Shown here in pieces: positions 51,401 to 64,000 of a stretch of 64,000 nucleotides of DNA (positions are counted from its first letter, which is position 1; each line of letters begins with the position of its first letter). The notes under the pieces were generated by a model, which ran no database searches, had not been told where the DNA came from, and saw nothing but the letters and a program-made list of their open reading frames with translations. Source of the stretch: Macrostomum hystrix (Eukaryota; Animalia; Platyhelminthes). Made by a program: the position numbers and the translations under genes. The stretch lies in NCBI GenBank assembly GCA_950097015.1, contig CATNEN010000001.1:9176001-9240000 (forward strand), read 5' to 3'.

Positions 51401-54400
51401 CACGGACTGAATAGCTGTACACAGCATTTGAAAGCGTCTGTGCCACTGGCTGTAATTTCTGGTTAGGTATAATTTCTAGTACATATTGATCACACTTACT
51501 AAAAGTATAATCTACAGAACTCGTAATTAGTAGGTTACTAGCTTAACAGTACGACTACCAAGCCATTTTGCCGCCCGTTTTTATACCAATTAACATAATA
51601 AATTAAATTCAGGGGGGTTTCCCCCCCCTGACATTTTTTTGGCAGCGCCCGAATGCTAACAGCGTTGGGTGGTGACTGATTGGTTGACAGACTAGGCGAT
51701 GGCTTGATCAGTGAAATTAGATAAATTCGCGTCATGGTTTCCATAGAGGCCTAGTTCCACCTGTTGTAGCCCTTGAAAGTCCAGCAGTCCGTCTAGATAA
51801 AAGTAGCTGACCACCGAAGACGGAGATGATGCAGGCACATTCGGGTGACATTCTGATAAAGTTTGAAGGCCTGGCAAGGCCGCACTGAGGCGCAGTGCAA
51901 ATTCGTGTATAGGGGTGTATGAAATACACTAGCTCTTATGGGAAAAATCGGACCTTCGGCCAGAAACATTGAATATCTCGACGGTCTGAAGAGCCTGCGA
52001 CTTGTTTATTGTTTCAGAAGATGCGCAACAAAGAGTTGGCCCGTGTTCTTGAGTTTCGTGTGCTTGCGTTGTTCCGTTCGGGTGCAGCAAAAAATTGTCA
52101 GTGGGGAATTCCGCCCCCCGGTAGTTCTACTGTTAATCAAACTCTAGGTTAATACGGAAGATAAAGTTATATATAATCTACTCTACTGTATGTAATAAAT
52201 AAATATTCTTTTGGTTTGAAAGCATTCTACTAGCAAAAAACTGTGCCTATTTGCAGGCTTTGATACAGAAAATTTGGGTAATAAATTTATTGTATAAAAT
52301 GTTTTCATTCAGTGTGTGTGTGTGTGCGTGTGTGTGTCTTGGTGTCTGGTTTCTAGTGATTGTGTGCGTGCTTCAGTGGAAATTTCACACGGATCATATA
52401 TTTCCACACAATGCCATTGACAAACCGTATTCATTTATTTACGAGATTGTGTATGATTGGAATAGAAGAAATATACCCCTCATTCTTTAAACAATCAGTC
52501 TATCTACCGATTGAAAATAAAACAAATCTATTGTCAGTTTTTTCACTTTGTCGCCAAAAACATGGTATCATGTACTTCTTATACTACTGATTTTGTAAAT
52601 ATAATCTTTCTTATTTCAGTGCTGACCAAACAGCTATTGCCATTAAAGATTATGAGTAAGAATTGCTTAATATTCTTAGCGGGTTTAAAATGTGATTTTT
52701 TTTAAGTCTTTTTTTTTAATCAAGTCTGATTATGCCGTTATGCCGTTCTTTGCGTTTAGGCCAAAGGTATTTTTTCAAAACTAGAATGACTTAATATCTA
52801 ATGATATTGTTTGGTGACTGGCTTGAATTTTGTATACTTGATGCTTAATGTAAAGAGTTAATATATTACAACATGGGTCTTATTTAAGGGGGTATTAAAA
52901 ACATTAGGGCATCAACTAATTAGCCACTAATATTTTTGTAACAGTTAACAATTGTGTTGCGCAAAATTTCAATGATAATTCTTACAAGTACATGCCGTTT
53001 TCGATTGGTTAGTTTAGATTTAGCATTCTTTTGAATCTTAGTCGCATTAGATGCTTTTAGTATTTTTTAGTTTATAATGATGAAGATTCGCGTAATTTAG
53101 CCAAATGCTGCTATTTTTCCAGGTTTTTGTCAGGCAATTCGCCAAAACATTTTAAATTGAGACTGTGAACTTTTTTAGCAGTGTAGTAGATGTAGGGTTA
53201 GACAGGTAGATGTAGGGTAGACAGGTAGATGTAGGGTAGACAGGTAGATGTAGGGTAGACAGGTAGATGTAGGGTAGACAGTGTGGTAGATGTAGGGTAG
53301 ACAGTGTGGTAGGTGTAGGGTAGACAGTGTGGTAGATGTAGGCTAGACAGTGTGGTAGGTGTAGGGTAGACAGAGTGGTAGATGTAGGGTAGACAGTGTG
53401 GTAGATGTAGGGTAGACAGTGTGGTAGATGTAGGGTAGACAGTGTGGTAGATGTAGGGTAGACAGTTTGGTAGATGTAGGGTAGACAGTTTGGTAGATGT
53501 AGGGTAGACAGTGTGGTAGGTGTAGGGTAGACAGTGTGGTAGATGTAGGGTAGACAGTGTGGTAGATGTAGGGTAGACAGTTTGGTAGATGTAGGGTAGA
53601 CAGTGTGGTAGATGTAGGGTAGACAGTGTGGTAGATGTAGGGTAGACGGTGTGGTAGATGTAGGGTAGACAGTGTGGTAGATGTAGGGTAGACAGTGTGG
53701 TAGGTGTAGGGTAGACAGTGTGGTAGATGTAGGGTAGACAGTGTGGTAGATGTAGGGTAGACAGTTTGGTAGATGTAGGGTAGACAGTGTGGTAGATGTA
53801 GGGTAGACAGTTTGGTAGATGTAGGGTAGACGGTGTGGTAGATTTAGAGTAGACAGTTTGGTAGATGTAGGGTAGACTGTGTGGTAGATGTAGGGTAGAC
53901 AGTGTGGTAGATGTAGGGTAGACAGTTTGGTAGATGTAGGGTAGACAGTGTGGTAGGTGTAGGGTAGACAGTGTGGTAAATGTAGGGTAGGTTTGAGGTA
54001 GACGTGGGTCAGATTCAAAGTAGGCATTGCGGCTAATTTCTTATATTGAAGTAGAAAAATTAGTTTGTTGACAGTGTAAGAAATGATTTCCAGTTTACTG
54101 CATATTTTTTAAGTTTGAAATTAGTTTTCAGACGAATTGTCAGCGAATAAAAGAATTGGCAGCTGTTCTACCTTGTTTGATTGTTTTAGCCCAAAGTCAG
54201 TGCCTGGAGATTCGTGTGTATCACCGCCTCATCTCGGGCCTACACACCAGCATCAACACTCACCTGTCGCACAAGTACCTACTGTTGGATCCTCAGGACC
54301 GCATGCTGGGCAGGCAGAACTGGGGCCCGAATGTCACCGAGTTTCTAGTCAGATTTCATCCGGATTTCGAGCCCCAGGGTCCTGTTAGGCTGCGAAATCT

Positions 54401-54878
54401 GCATTTCACATTCCTAGCCGAGCTGAGAGCTTTGGCCAAGGCCGCTCCGCTGCTGCGGCGGGCCAAGTATTTCACTGGTAACGACTCGGACGACTCAGAG
54501 GTGGCCCAGCTTGTGTCCGACATCCTCGACCAGGTGGAATCATTTCCTGGTCATTTCGACGAGTCGCAACTATTTCGCGACAGCGACAAAGCCAGACTGA
54601 AAGCCGAGATTAGGGAGAAGTTTTTCAACATCACCAGAATTATGGATTGCGTCGGCTGCGACAAGTGCCGGCTGTGGGGTAAAGTACAAACCGCCGGACT
54701 GGGCACAGCTCTACGGGTGCTGTTTAGTCCCAGCCTGCCGCCCTACCTTCGGAGGCACGAAATTGTCACCCTGTTCAACGCACTGGGTCGCCTATCTGAG
54801 AGTATTCAATCGCTGGAGGACTTTAAGAGGCTGATGAGAAACAATGGCGGTAGCGGCTGGAAGAGGACTGAGCTGTGA
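48460..54878 (+). CDS. ERO1: ER oxidoreductin ERO1-like, ~480 aa. Exons 48460-48624, 50401-50989, 54190-54878
   Basis: Signal-peptide-like exon 1, then CFQL|LHGSVDDCSC, NYFRYVRVNLKANCPFW, shuttle CAMRHC, YVDLLRNPERYTGY, IWRSIYEENCF, RLISGLHTSIN, IMDCVGCDKCRLWGK. Phase-consistent GT-AG introns. The start could instead be ATG 48514. Confidence 0.93.
50060..50310 (-). mobile_element. tRNA-derived SINE (family B, CORE-like body), ERO1 intron 1
   Basis: - strand reads gtggggctgtagcctaaag..(A-box-like)..ggggttcgattcc (B-box), then tgtatcatttagcaag..; shares gggtgtgg..ccagtcca.ggactga.tag with 51320-51440. A further head fragment lies at ~49930-50020 (+). Confidence 0.6.
51085..51300 (-). mobile_element. 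tRNA-derived SINE (family A), ERO1 intron 2
   Basis: - strand head gattgagcggtctagcgcgcttgcctctcgcaccaaggtccatgagttcgattc has A- and B-box-like motifs; second copy at 37640-37855; simple-repeat tail. Confidence 0.78.
51320..51445 (+). mobile_element. Headless fragment of SINE family B
   Basis: tgtgtccttcggcaagaca (CORE-like) plus the block shared with 50060-50310. Confidence 0.5.
53180..54005. repeat. 23-bp (initially 19-bp) minisatellite gtagatgtagggtagacag(tgtg), in ERO1 intron 2
   Basis: Direct periodicity. Confidence 0.93.
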
Positions 54879-55004
54879 TTTCATTGAACTACTTTATTTC
54901 AATCCTCGTTTCAAATAAGAATTCAAAATCCCTGAGCTGTCGGAAAATCTTCTAAATCTCGAAAACTGGTTTGCATGTCTGTTTTCTTATCTTAAAATTC
55001 ATTT

Positions 55005-55665
55005 CTTAAATCTTAGAATCCCGTTTCCAAATCATAGAATCCCGTTTCCAAATCTTAGAATCCCGTTTCCAAATCATAGAATCCCGTTTCCAAATCTTAT
55101 AATCCCGTTTCCAAATCGTAGAATCCCGTTTCCAAATCGTAGAATCCCATTTCCAAATCATAGAATCCCGTTTCCAAATCATAGAATCCCGTTTCCAAAT
55201 CTTATAATCCCGTTTCCAAATTTTAGAATCCCGTTTCCAAATCTTAGAATCCCGTTTCCAAATTTTAGAATCCCGTTTCCAAATCTTAGAATCCCGTTTC
55301 CAAATCTTAGAATCCCGTTTCCAAATCTTGTAATCCCGTTTCCAAACTTTAGAATCCCGTTTCCAAATCGTAGAATCCCGTTACCAAATTTCAGAATCCC
55401 CTTTCCAAATCGTATAATCCCGTTTCCAAATTTTAGAATCCCGTTTCCAAATCTTAGAATCCCGTTTCCAAATTTTAGAATCCCGTTTCCAAATCGTAGA
55501 ATCCCGTTACCAAATTTCAGAATCCCCTTTCCAAATCGTATAATCCCGTTTCCAAATCTTAGAATCCCGTTTCCAAATCGTAGAATCCCATTTCCAAATC
55601 ATAGAATCCCGTTTCCAAATCATAGAATCCCGTTTCCAAATCGCAGAATCCCGTTACCATCCCGT
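55005..55665. repeat. 21-bp minisatellite (agaatcccgtttccaaatctt), ~30 copies
   Basis: Direct periodicity. Confidence 0.93.
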
Positions 55666-56179
55666 TTCTTTGCTCATTGTCGTCATTCTTGCTGCTTCGT
55701 TTTTAAAAATTCAATTGGATTATTCTGTACAATTATTTTCGCTAGCGGCACAATCCGTTCTTTAGCAACACACTGGCTACTGTTAGTAGCGGGCTAGTAT
55801 TTTATTCTGCAAAGCCAGTCGAATTTGCAAAGCGACACAGAAAAATTAAACCAAGCTTTGTTGTTCTTTCTATGGAGCCTTTTGGTTTTTATTGTGTATC
55901 AGTTAGTTGGTTGTCATTTTTTCAAATTTCTTTTGACCCTGCTTCGTACGGTGAATATTTACACTGGAGTAGAATATTAAGATTTCTGATGCTCTGGTTT
56001 CGCGTGTTGTAATTTGCTTGCGTTTTGTTTTTCTTTTATAAATGTCTATTTTTTCCTGAATTATATTATTCTGTACACAACTAATAATTCCAAGATTTTG
56101 TTGCTAAAAATAGATTTTTTATTAAACGAAATTCGAGTTTTTGAATTTTTAGTTTCTAGATATATGGGATTAATAGGAT

Positions 56180-56830
56180 TTTAAATCTACGGTATTTGTA
56201 GGATAAAGTGTAAGGGATTTGTAGGATTCAATTTGTCGAATTAGTGGGACTAGGTATTTGGGATTAGTAGGATTAAAATATGGAGGATTTGAACGATTAA
56301 ATTTTTAGAATTAGTGTGACTAGATATTTGGGATTTGTAAAATTATATTATAAGGAATTTGTTGGATTAAATTATAGGGGATTTGTAGGATTATTTTTAG
56401 GGGATTTGTAGGATTAAATGTAGGTGATTTGTAGGATTATTTTTAGGGGATTTGTAGGATTAAATGTAGGTGATTTGTAGGATAAAATGTAGGGGATTTG
56501 TAGGATTAAATGTAGGGGATTTGTAGGATTAGTTTTAGGGGATTTGTAGGATTAGTTTTAGGGGATTTGTAGGATTAGTTTTAGGGGATTTGTAGGATTA
56601 GTTTTAGGGGATTTGTAGGATTAAATTTAGGGAATTTGAAGGGTCAAATTTAGGGGATTTGTAGGATTAATTTTTGGGATTTGTAGGATTAAATGCAGGG
56701 GATTTGTAGGATTAATTTTTTGGGATTTGTAGGATTAAATGTAGGGGATTTGTAGGATTAAATTTGCGGGATTTGTTGGATTACATGCGTAGGATTTTCA
56801 GGGCTATGTTTATGGGATTTATAGGATTCT
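56180..56830. repeat. ~23-bp degenerate minisatellite (gggatttgtaggattaaatgtag)
   Basis: Homogeneous core at 56390-56770 with decayed flanks. Confidence 0.85.
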
Positions 56831-57714
56831 ATCTATGTGAGTCCACTGCATGCTATAGTTGTTTCCAAGAAAGCGGATCAAATTAAAAGTTTATCGGATG
56901 CCTAATTTCTTTCTTTCTACCTAGCATCTAAACACATTGGTTTAAGACTCTTGTATGCCGCTGGCATCCTACTACTTATGAGTACTATTGCTTCGATGTG
57001 TTTTCTGTGTTTTATTTTGCTTTTGAACATATTTCTTGTGAAAAATAACTTTCTTATTTCGTCGTCAAGTTAGGAAACGGTTGCAGTTTATTTAATCTTA
57101 TGCATTATTGTCTGCGTCGAGTATTTTTATTTTTTACACACAATTTTTGCTTGCAAATTTACTATTTTAAGCATTATAAAAGAGATTTGTGTACAGAAAA
57201 GTCTTTGCTCTTACTTTTACGTTTCAGAAACTGTTTAAGTCTAATTCGTGTGCCAAAGTGGTGATGCTGAATTGTTGTAATAACCACTGTTTTTTTCTCC
57301 CCTCATTGACTTTTCTCGACGAGTACTCAAATTTTAAATTGCCATGCAATCCTACTACTTAAAGTAGATTATATACTCGTAGTTTGTTTTCTGTGCGCTA
57401 AAAAAGTGATAGGAATGCATCATACCTTACAGTTCATTAGAAATATTATATAAATGCATTACTATTGTGATTAGTATAACTGCCTCTGTGTACTATCGTA
57501 TAAATATAGGCTTTCTGTCTGTGGACTTGTGCAACAGTAGTATACGTTGATTTTAAGCTATAATTTAAACCGTAATTTAAACTTGTTGCTTTAATCTATT
57601 TGTAAAAGTGGGAAAAAACGGAATCAGAATCGCAGAGTGATTCAGCACCACAATGACAGCAAACACAGTTCGAAATAAAAAGCCAGAATCGTAGAAAGAA
57701 TTTCTGAAAAAAAA

Positions 57715-60700
57715 ACGGAATCAGAATCGCAGCGAGAACTGAAAGCAGAATCGCAGCAAGAACTGAAAGCAGAATCGCAGCAAGAACTGAAAGAAGAATC
57801 GCAGCAAGAACTGAAAGAAGAATCGCAGCAAGAAGGAAGAATCGCAGCGAGAACTGAAAGCAGAATCGCAGCGAGAACTGAAAGCAGAATCGCAGCAAGA
57901 ACTGAAAGCAGAATCGCAGCAAGAACTGAAAGAAGAATCGCAGCAAGAAAGAAGAATCGCAGCGAGAACTGAAAGAAGAATCGCAGCGAGAACTGAAAGC
58001 AGAATCGCAGCAAGAACTGAAAGAAGAATCGCAGCGAGAACTGAAAGAAGAATCGCAGCGAGAACTGAAAGCAGAATCGCAGCAAGAACTGAAAGCAGAA
58101 TCGCAGCAAGAACTGAAAGAAGAATCGCAGCAAGAAAGAAGAATCGCAGCGAGAACTGAAAGAAGAATCGCAGCGAGAACTGAAAGCAGAATCGCAGCAA
58201 GAACTGAAAGCAGAATCGCAGCAAGAACTGAAAGCAGAATCGCAGCGAGAACTGAAAGCAGAATCGCAGCAAGAACTGAAAGAAGAATCACAGCAAGAAA
58301 GAAGAATCGCAGCGAGAACTGAAAGAAGAATCGCAGCAAGAACTGAAAGCAGAATCGCAGCGAGAACTGAAAGCAGAATCGCAGCGAGAACTGAAAGAAG
58401 AATCGCAGCGAGAACTGAAAGCAGAATCGCAGCGAGAACTGAAAGCAGAATCGCAGCAAGAACTGAAAGCAGAATCGCAGCAAGAACTGAAAGAAGAATC
58501 GCAGCAAGAAAGAAGAATCGCAGCGAGAACTGAAAGAAGAATCGCAGCGAGAACTGAAAGCAGAATCGCAGCAAGAACTGAAAGAAGAATCGCAGCAAGA
58601 AAGAAGAATCGCAGCGAGAACTGAAAGAAGAATCGCAGCGAGAACTGAAAGCAGAATCGCAGCAAGAACTGAAAGCAGAATCGCAGCAAGAACTGAAAGA
58701 AGAATCGCAGCAAGAAAGAAGAATCGCAGCGAGAACTGAAAGAAGAATCGCAGCGAGAACTGAAAGCAGAATCGCAGCAAGAACTGAAAGCAGAATCGCA
58801 GCAAGAACTGAAAGCAGAATCGCAGCGAGAACTGAAAGCAGAATCGCAGCAAGAACTGAAAGAAGAATCGCAGCAAGAAAGAAGAATCGCAGCGAGAACT
58901 GAAAGAAGAATCGCAGCAAGAACTGAAAGCAGAATCGCAGCGAGAACTGAAAACAGAATCGCAGCGAGAACTGAAAGAAGAATCGCAGCGAGAACTGAAA
59001 GCAGAATCGCAGCAAGAACTGAAAGAAGAATCGCAGCAAGAACTGAAAGCAGAATCGCAGCGAGAACTGAAAGCAGAATCGCAGCGAGAACTGAAAGCAG
59101 AATCGCAGCAAGAACTGAAAGCAGAATCGCAGCGAGAACTGAAAGCAGAATCGCAGCGAGAACTGAAAGCAGAATCGCAGCAAGAACTGAAAGAAGAATC
59201 GCAGCGAGAACTGAAGGAAGAATCGCAGCGAGAACTGAAAGAAGAATCGCAGCAAGGAAGAATCGCAGCGAGAACTGAAAGAAGAATCGGAGCAAGAAGG
59301 AAGAATCGCAGCGAGAACTGAAAGAAGAATCGCAGCAAGAACTGAAAGCAGAATCGCAGCGAGAACTGAAAGCAGAATCGCAGCGAGAACTGAAAGCAGA
59401 ATCGCAGCGAGAACTGAAGGAAGAATCGCAGCGAGAACTGAAAGAAGAATCGCAGCAAGAAAGAAGAATCGCAGCAAGAACTGAAAGCAGAATCGCAGCG
59501 AGAACTGAAAGCAGAATCGCAGCGAGAACTGAAAGCAGAATCGCAGCGAGAACTGAAAGCAGAATCGCAGCGAGAACTGAAGGAAGAATCGCAGCGAGAA
59601 CTGAAAGAAGAATCGGAGCAAGAAGGAAGAATCGCAGCGAGAACTGAAAGAAGAATCGCAGCAAGAACTGAAAGCAGAATCGCAGCGAGAACTGAAAGCA
59701 GAATCGGAGCGAGAACTGAAAGCAGAATCGCAGCGAGAACTGAAGGAAGAATCGCAGCGAGAACTGAAAGAAGAATCGCAGCAAGAGGGAAGAATCGCAG
59801 CGAGAACTGAAAGAAGAATCGCAGCAAGAAGGAAGAATCGCAGCGAGAAGGAAGAATCGCAGCAAGAAGGAAGAATCTCAGCGCGAACTGAAAGAAGAAT
59901 CGCAGCAAGAAGGAAGAATCGCAGCGAGAACTGAAAGAAGAATCGCAGCGAGAACTGAAAGCAGAATCGCAGCAAGAACTGAAAGAAGAATCGCAGCGAG
60001 AACTGAAAGAAGAATCGCAGCGAGAACTGAAAGCAGAATCGCAGCAAGAACTGAAAGCAGAATCGCAGCAAGAACTGAAAGCAGAATCGCAGCAAGAACT
60101 GAAAGAAGAATCGCAGCAAGAACTGAAAGAAGAATCGCAGCGAGAACTGAAAGCAGAATCGCAGCAAGAACTGAAAGCAGAATCGCAGCAAGAACTGAAA
60201 GAAGAATCGCAGCAAGAAAGAAGAATCGCAGCGAGAACTGAAAGAAGAATCGCAGCGAGAACTGAAAGCAGAATCGCAGCAAGAACTGAAAGAAGAATCG
60301 CAGCGAGAACTGAAAGAAGAATCGCAGCGAGAACTGAAAGCAGAATCGCAGCAAGAACTGAAAGCAGAATCGCAGCAAGAACTGAAAGAAGAATCGCAGC
60401 AAGAAAGAAGAATCGCAGCGAGAACTGAAAGAAGAATCGCAGCGAGAACTGAAAGCAGAATCGCAGCAAGAACTGAAAGCAGAATCGCAGCAAGAACTGA
60501 AAGCAGAATCGCAGCAAGAACTGAAAGAAGAATCGCAGCAAGAAAGAAGAATCGCAGCGAGAACTGAAAGAAGAATCGCAGCGAGAACTGAAAGCAGAAT
60601 CGCAGCAAGAACTGAAAGCAGAATCGCAGCAAGAACTGAAAGAAGAATCGCAGCAAGAAAGAAGAATCGCAGCGAGAACTGAAAGAAGAATCGCAGCGAG

Positions 60701-63700
60701 AACTGAAAGCAGAATCGCAGCAAGAACTGAAAGCAGAATCGCAGCAAGAACTGAAAGCAGAATCGCAGCGAGAACTGAAAGCAGAATCGCAGCAAGAACT
60801 GAAAGAAGAATCGCAGCAAGAAAGAAGAATCGCAGCGAGAACTGAAAGAAGAATCGCAGCAAGAACTGAAAGCAGAATCGCAGCGAGAACTGAAAACAGA
60901 ATCGCAGCGAGAACTGAAAGAAGAATCGCAGCGAGAACTGAAAGCAGAATCGCAGCAAGAACTGAAAGAAGAATCGCAGCAAGAACTGAAAGCAGAATCG
61001 CAGCGAGAACTGAAAGCAGAATCGCAGCGAGAACTGAAAGCAGAATCGCAGCAAGAACTGAAAGCAGAATCGCAGCGAGAACTGAAAGCAGAATCGCAGC
61101 GAGAACTGAAAGCAGAATCGCAGCAAGAACTGAAAGAAGAATCGCAGCGAGAACTGAAGGAAGAATCGCAGCGAGAACTGAAAGAAGAATCGCAGCAAGG
61201 AAGAATCGCAGCGAGAACTGAAAGAAGAATCGGAGCAAGAAGGAAGAATCGCAGCGAGAACTGAAAGAAGAATCGCAGCAAGAACTGAAAGCAGAATCGC
61301 AGCGAGAACTGAAAGCAGAATCGCAGCGAGAACTGAAAGCAGAATCGCAGCGAGAACTGAAGGAAGAATCGCAGCGAGAACTGAAAGAAGAATCGCAGCA
61401 AGAAAGAAGAATCGCAGCAAGAACTGAAAGCAGAATCGCAGCGAGAACTGAAAGCAGAATCGCAGCGAGAACTGAAAGCAGAATCGCAGCGAGAACTGAA
61501 AGCAGAATCGCAGCGAGAACTGAAGGAAGAATCGCAGCGAGAACTGAAAGAAGAATCGGAGCAAGAAGGAAGAATCGCAGCGAGAACTGAAAGAAGAATC
61601 GCAGCAAGAACTGAAAGCAGAATCGCAGCGAGAACTGAAAGCAGAATCGGAGCGAGAACTGAAAGCAGAATCGCAGCGAGAACTGAAGGAAGAATCGCAG
61701 CGAGAACTGAAAGAAGAATCGCAGCAAGAGGGAAGAATCGCAGCGAGAACTGAAAGAAGAATCGCAGCAAGAAGGAAGAATCGCAGCGAGAAGGAAGAAT
61801 CGCAGCAAGAAGGAAGAATCTCAGCGCGAACTGAAAGAAGAATCGCAGCAAGAAGGAAGAATCGCAGCGAGAACTGAAAGAAGAATCGCAGCGAGAACTG
61901 AAAGCAGAATCGCAGCAAGAACTGAAAGAAGAATCGCAGCGAGAACTGAAAGAAGAATCGCAGCGAGAACTGAAAGCAGAATCGCAGCAAGAACTGAAAG
62001 CAGAATCGCAGCAAGAACTGAAAGCAGAATCGCAGCAAGAACTGAAAGAAGAATCGCAGCAAGAACTGAAAGAAGAATCGCAGCGAGAACTGAAAGCAGA
62101 ATCGCAGCAAGAACTGAAAGCAGAATCGCAGCAAGAACTGAAAGAAGAATCGCAGCAAGAAAGAAGAATCGCAGCGAGAACTGAAAGAAGAATCGCAGCG
62201 AGAACTGAAAGCAGAATCGCAGCAAGAACTGAAAGAAGAATCGCAGCGAGAACTGAAAGAAGAATCGCAGCGAGAACTGAAAGCAGAATCGCAGCAAGAA
62301 CTGAAAGCAGAATCGCAGCAAGAACTGAAAGAAGAATCGCAGCAAGAAAGAAGAATCGCAGCGAGAACTGAAAGAAGAATCGCAGCGAGAACTGAAAGCA
62401 GAATCGCAGCAAGAACTGAAAGCAGAATCGCAGCAAGAACTGAAAGCAGAATCGCAGCGAGAACTGAAAGCAGAATCGCAGCAAGAACTGAAAGAAGAAT
62501 CACAGCAAGAAAGAAGAATCGCAGCGAGAACTGAAAGAAGAATCGCAGCAAGAACTGAAAGCAGAATCGCAGCGAGAACTGAAAGCAGAATCGCAGCGAG
62601 AACTGAAAGAAGAATCGCAGCAAGAACTGAAAGAAGAATCGCAGCAAGAAGGAAGAATCGCAGCGAGAACTGAAAGCAGAATCGCAGCGAGAACTGAAAG
62701 CAGAATCGCAGCAAGAACTGAAAGCAGAATCGCAGCAAGAACTGAAAGAAGAATCGCAGCAAGAAAGAAGAATCGCAGCGAGAACTGAAAGAAGAATCGC
62801 AGCGAGAACTGAAAGCAGAATCGGAGCGAGAACTGAAAGCAGAATCGCAGCGAGAACTGAAGGAAGAATCGCAGCGAGAACTGAAAGAAGAATCGCAGCA
62901 AGAGGGAAGAATCGCAGCGAGAACTGAAAGAAGAATCGCAGCAAGAAGGAAGAATCGCAGCGAGAAGGAAGAATCGCAGCAAGAAGGAAGAATCTCAGCG
63001 CGAACTGAAAGAAGAATCGCAGCAAGAAGGAAGAATCGCAGCGAGAACTGAAAGAAGAATCGCAGCGAGAACTGAAAGCAGAATCGCAGCAAGAACTGAA
63101 AGAAGAATCGCAGCGAGAACTGAAAGAAGAATCGCAGCGAGAACTGAAAGCAGAATCGCAGCAAGAACTGAAAGCAGAATCGCAGCAAGAACTGAAAGCA
63201 GAATCGCAGCAAGAACTGAAAGAAGAATCGCAGCAAGAACTGAAAGAAGAATCGCAGCGAGAACTGAAAGCAGAATCGCAGCAAGAACTGAAAGCAGAAT
63301 CGCAGCAAGAACTGAAAGAAGAATCGCAGCAAGAAAGAAGAATCGCAGCGAGAACTGAAAGAAGAATCGCAGCGAGAACTGAAAGCAGAATCGCAGCAAG
63401 AACTGAAAGAAGAATCGCAGCGAGAACTGAAAGAAGAATCGCAGCGAGAACTGAAAGCAGAATCGCAGCAAGAACTGAAAGCAGAATCGCAGCAAGAACT
63501 GAAAGAAGAATCGCAGCAAGAAAGAAGAATCGCAGCGAGAACTGAAAGAAGAATCGCAGCGAGAACTGAAAGCAGAATCGCAGCAAGAACTGAAAGCAGA
63601 ATCGCAGCAAGAACTGAAAGCAGAATCGCAGCGAGAACTGAAAGCAGAATCGCAGCAAGAACTGAAAGAAGAATCACAGCAAGAAAGAAGAATCGCAGCG

Positions 63701-64000
63701 AGAACTGAAAGAAGAATCGCAGCAAGAACTGAAAGCAGAATCGCAGCGAGAACTGAAAGCAGAATCGCAGCGAGAACTGAAAGAAGAATCGCAGCAAGAA
63801 CTGAAAGAAGAATCGCAGCAAGAAGGAAGAATCGCAGCGAGAACTGAAAGCAGAATCGCAGCGAGAACTGAAAGCAGAATCGCAGCAAGAACTGAAAGCA
63901 GAATCGCAGCAAGAACTGAAAGAAGAATCGCAGCAAGAAAGAAGAATCGCAGCGAGAACTGAAAGAAGAATCGCAGCGAGAACTGAAAGCAGAATCGCAG
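57715..64000. repeat. 24-bp satellite (gaatcgcagc[g/a]agaactgaaag[c/a]a) with 19-20-bp deletion variants and kb-scale higher-order duplication; runs off the right edge
   Basis: Direct periodicity; rare variant aatctcagcgcgaactg recurs at ~59875, ~61818 and ~62992. Confidence 0.96.

Noticed and set aside
56180-56830. Possible interstitial telomeric repeat
   Set aside because: The core is GGGATT in a 23-bp unit, not tandem TTAGGG.
57596-63936. ORFs up to 2020 aa (- strand) and a coiled-coil-like ESQRELKA reading (+ strand)
   Set aside because: 24-bp satellite with frequent 19-20-bp variants that shift frame; no unique coding context or splice support.

Overview
Eukaryotic (animal) genomic DNA with spliced genes and AT-rich introns. 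About 40-45% of it is taken up by ~15 distinct minisatellite arrays (units 18-51 bp), a landscape suggestive of a free-living flatworm such as Macrostomum (inference). Supported genes: (1) the 5' part of an axonemal dynein heavy chain, DNAH6-like (- strand, runs off the left edge); (2) a divergently transcribed gamma-SNAP (NAPG); (3) a single-coding-exon CABIT-domain (THEMIS/GAREM-like) protein with a polyQ tail; (4) ERO1 oxidoreductin; (5) the highlight, a locus at 34253-46980. There, phase-compatible GT-AG splicing joins what the ORF track shows as separate ORFs into one ~2130-2150-aa protein: ~23 copies of a 33-aa TPR-like helical repeat, ankyrin repeats, a Mab-21/cGAS-like receptor (cGLR) domain with apparently degenerate catalytic acids, more ankyrin repeats, and an intact caspase (SHG/QACRG). 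This looks like a single-chain sensor-cGLR-death-protease immune module. tRNA-derived SINE copies lie in introns. Most long ORFs in the track are artefacts of stop-free tandem repeats. All gene models were assembled by eye and need transcript confirmation.
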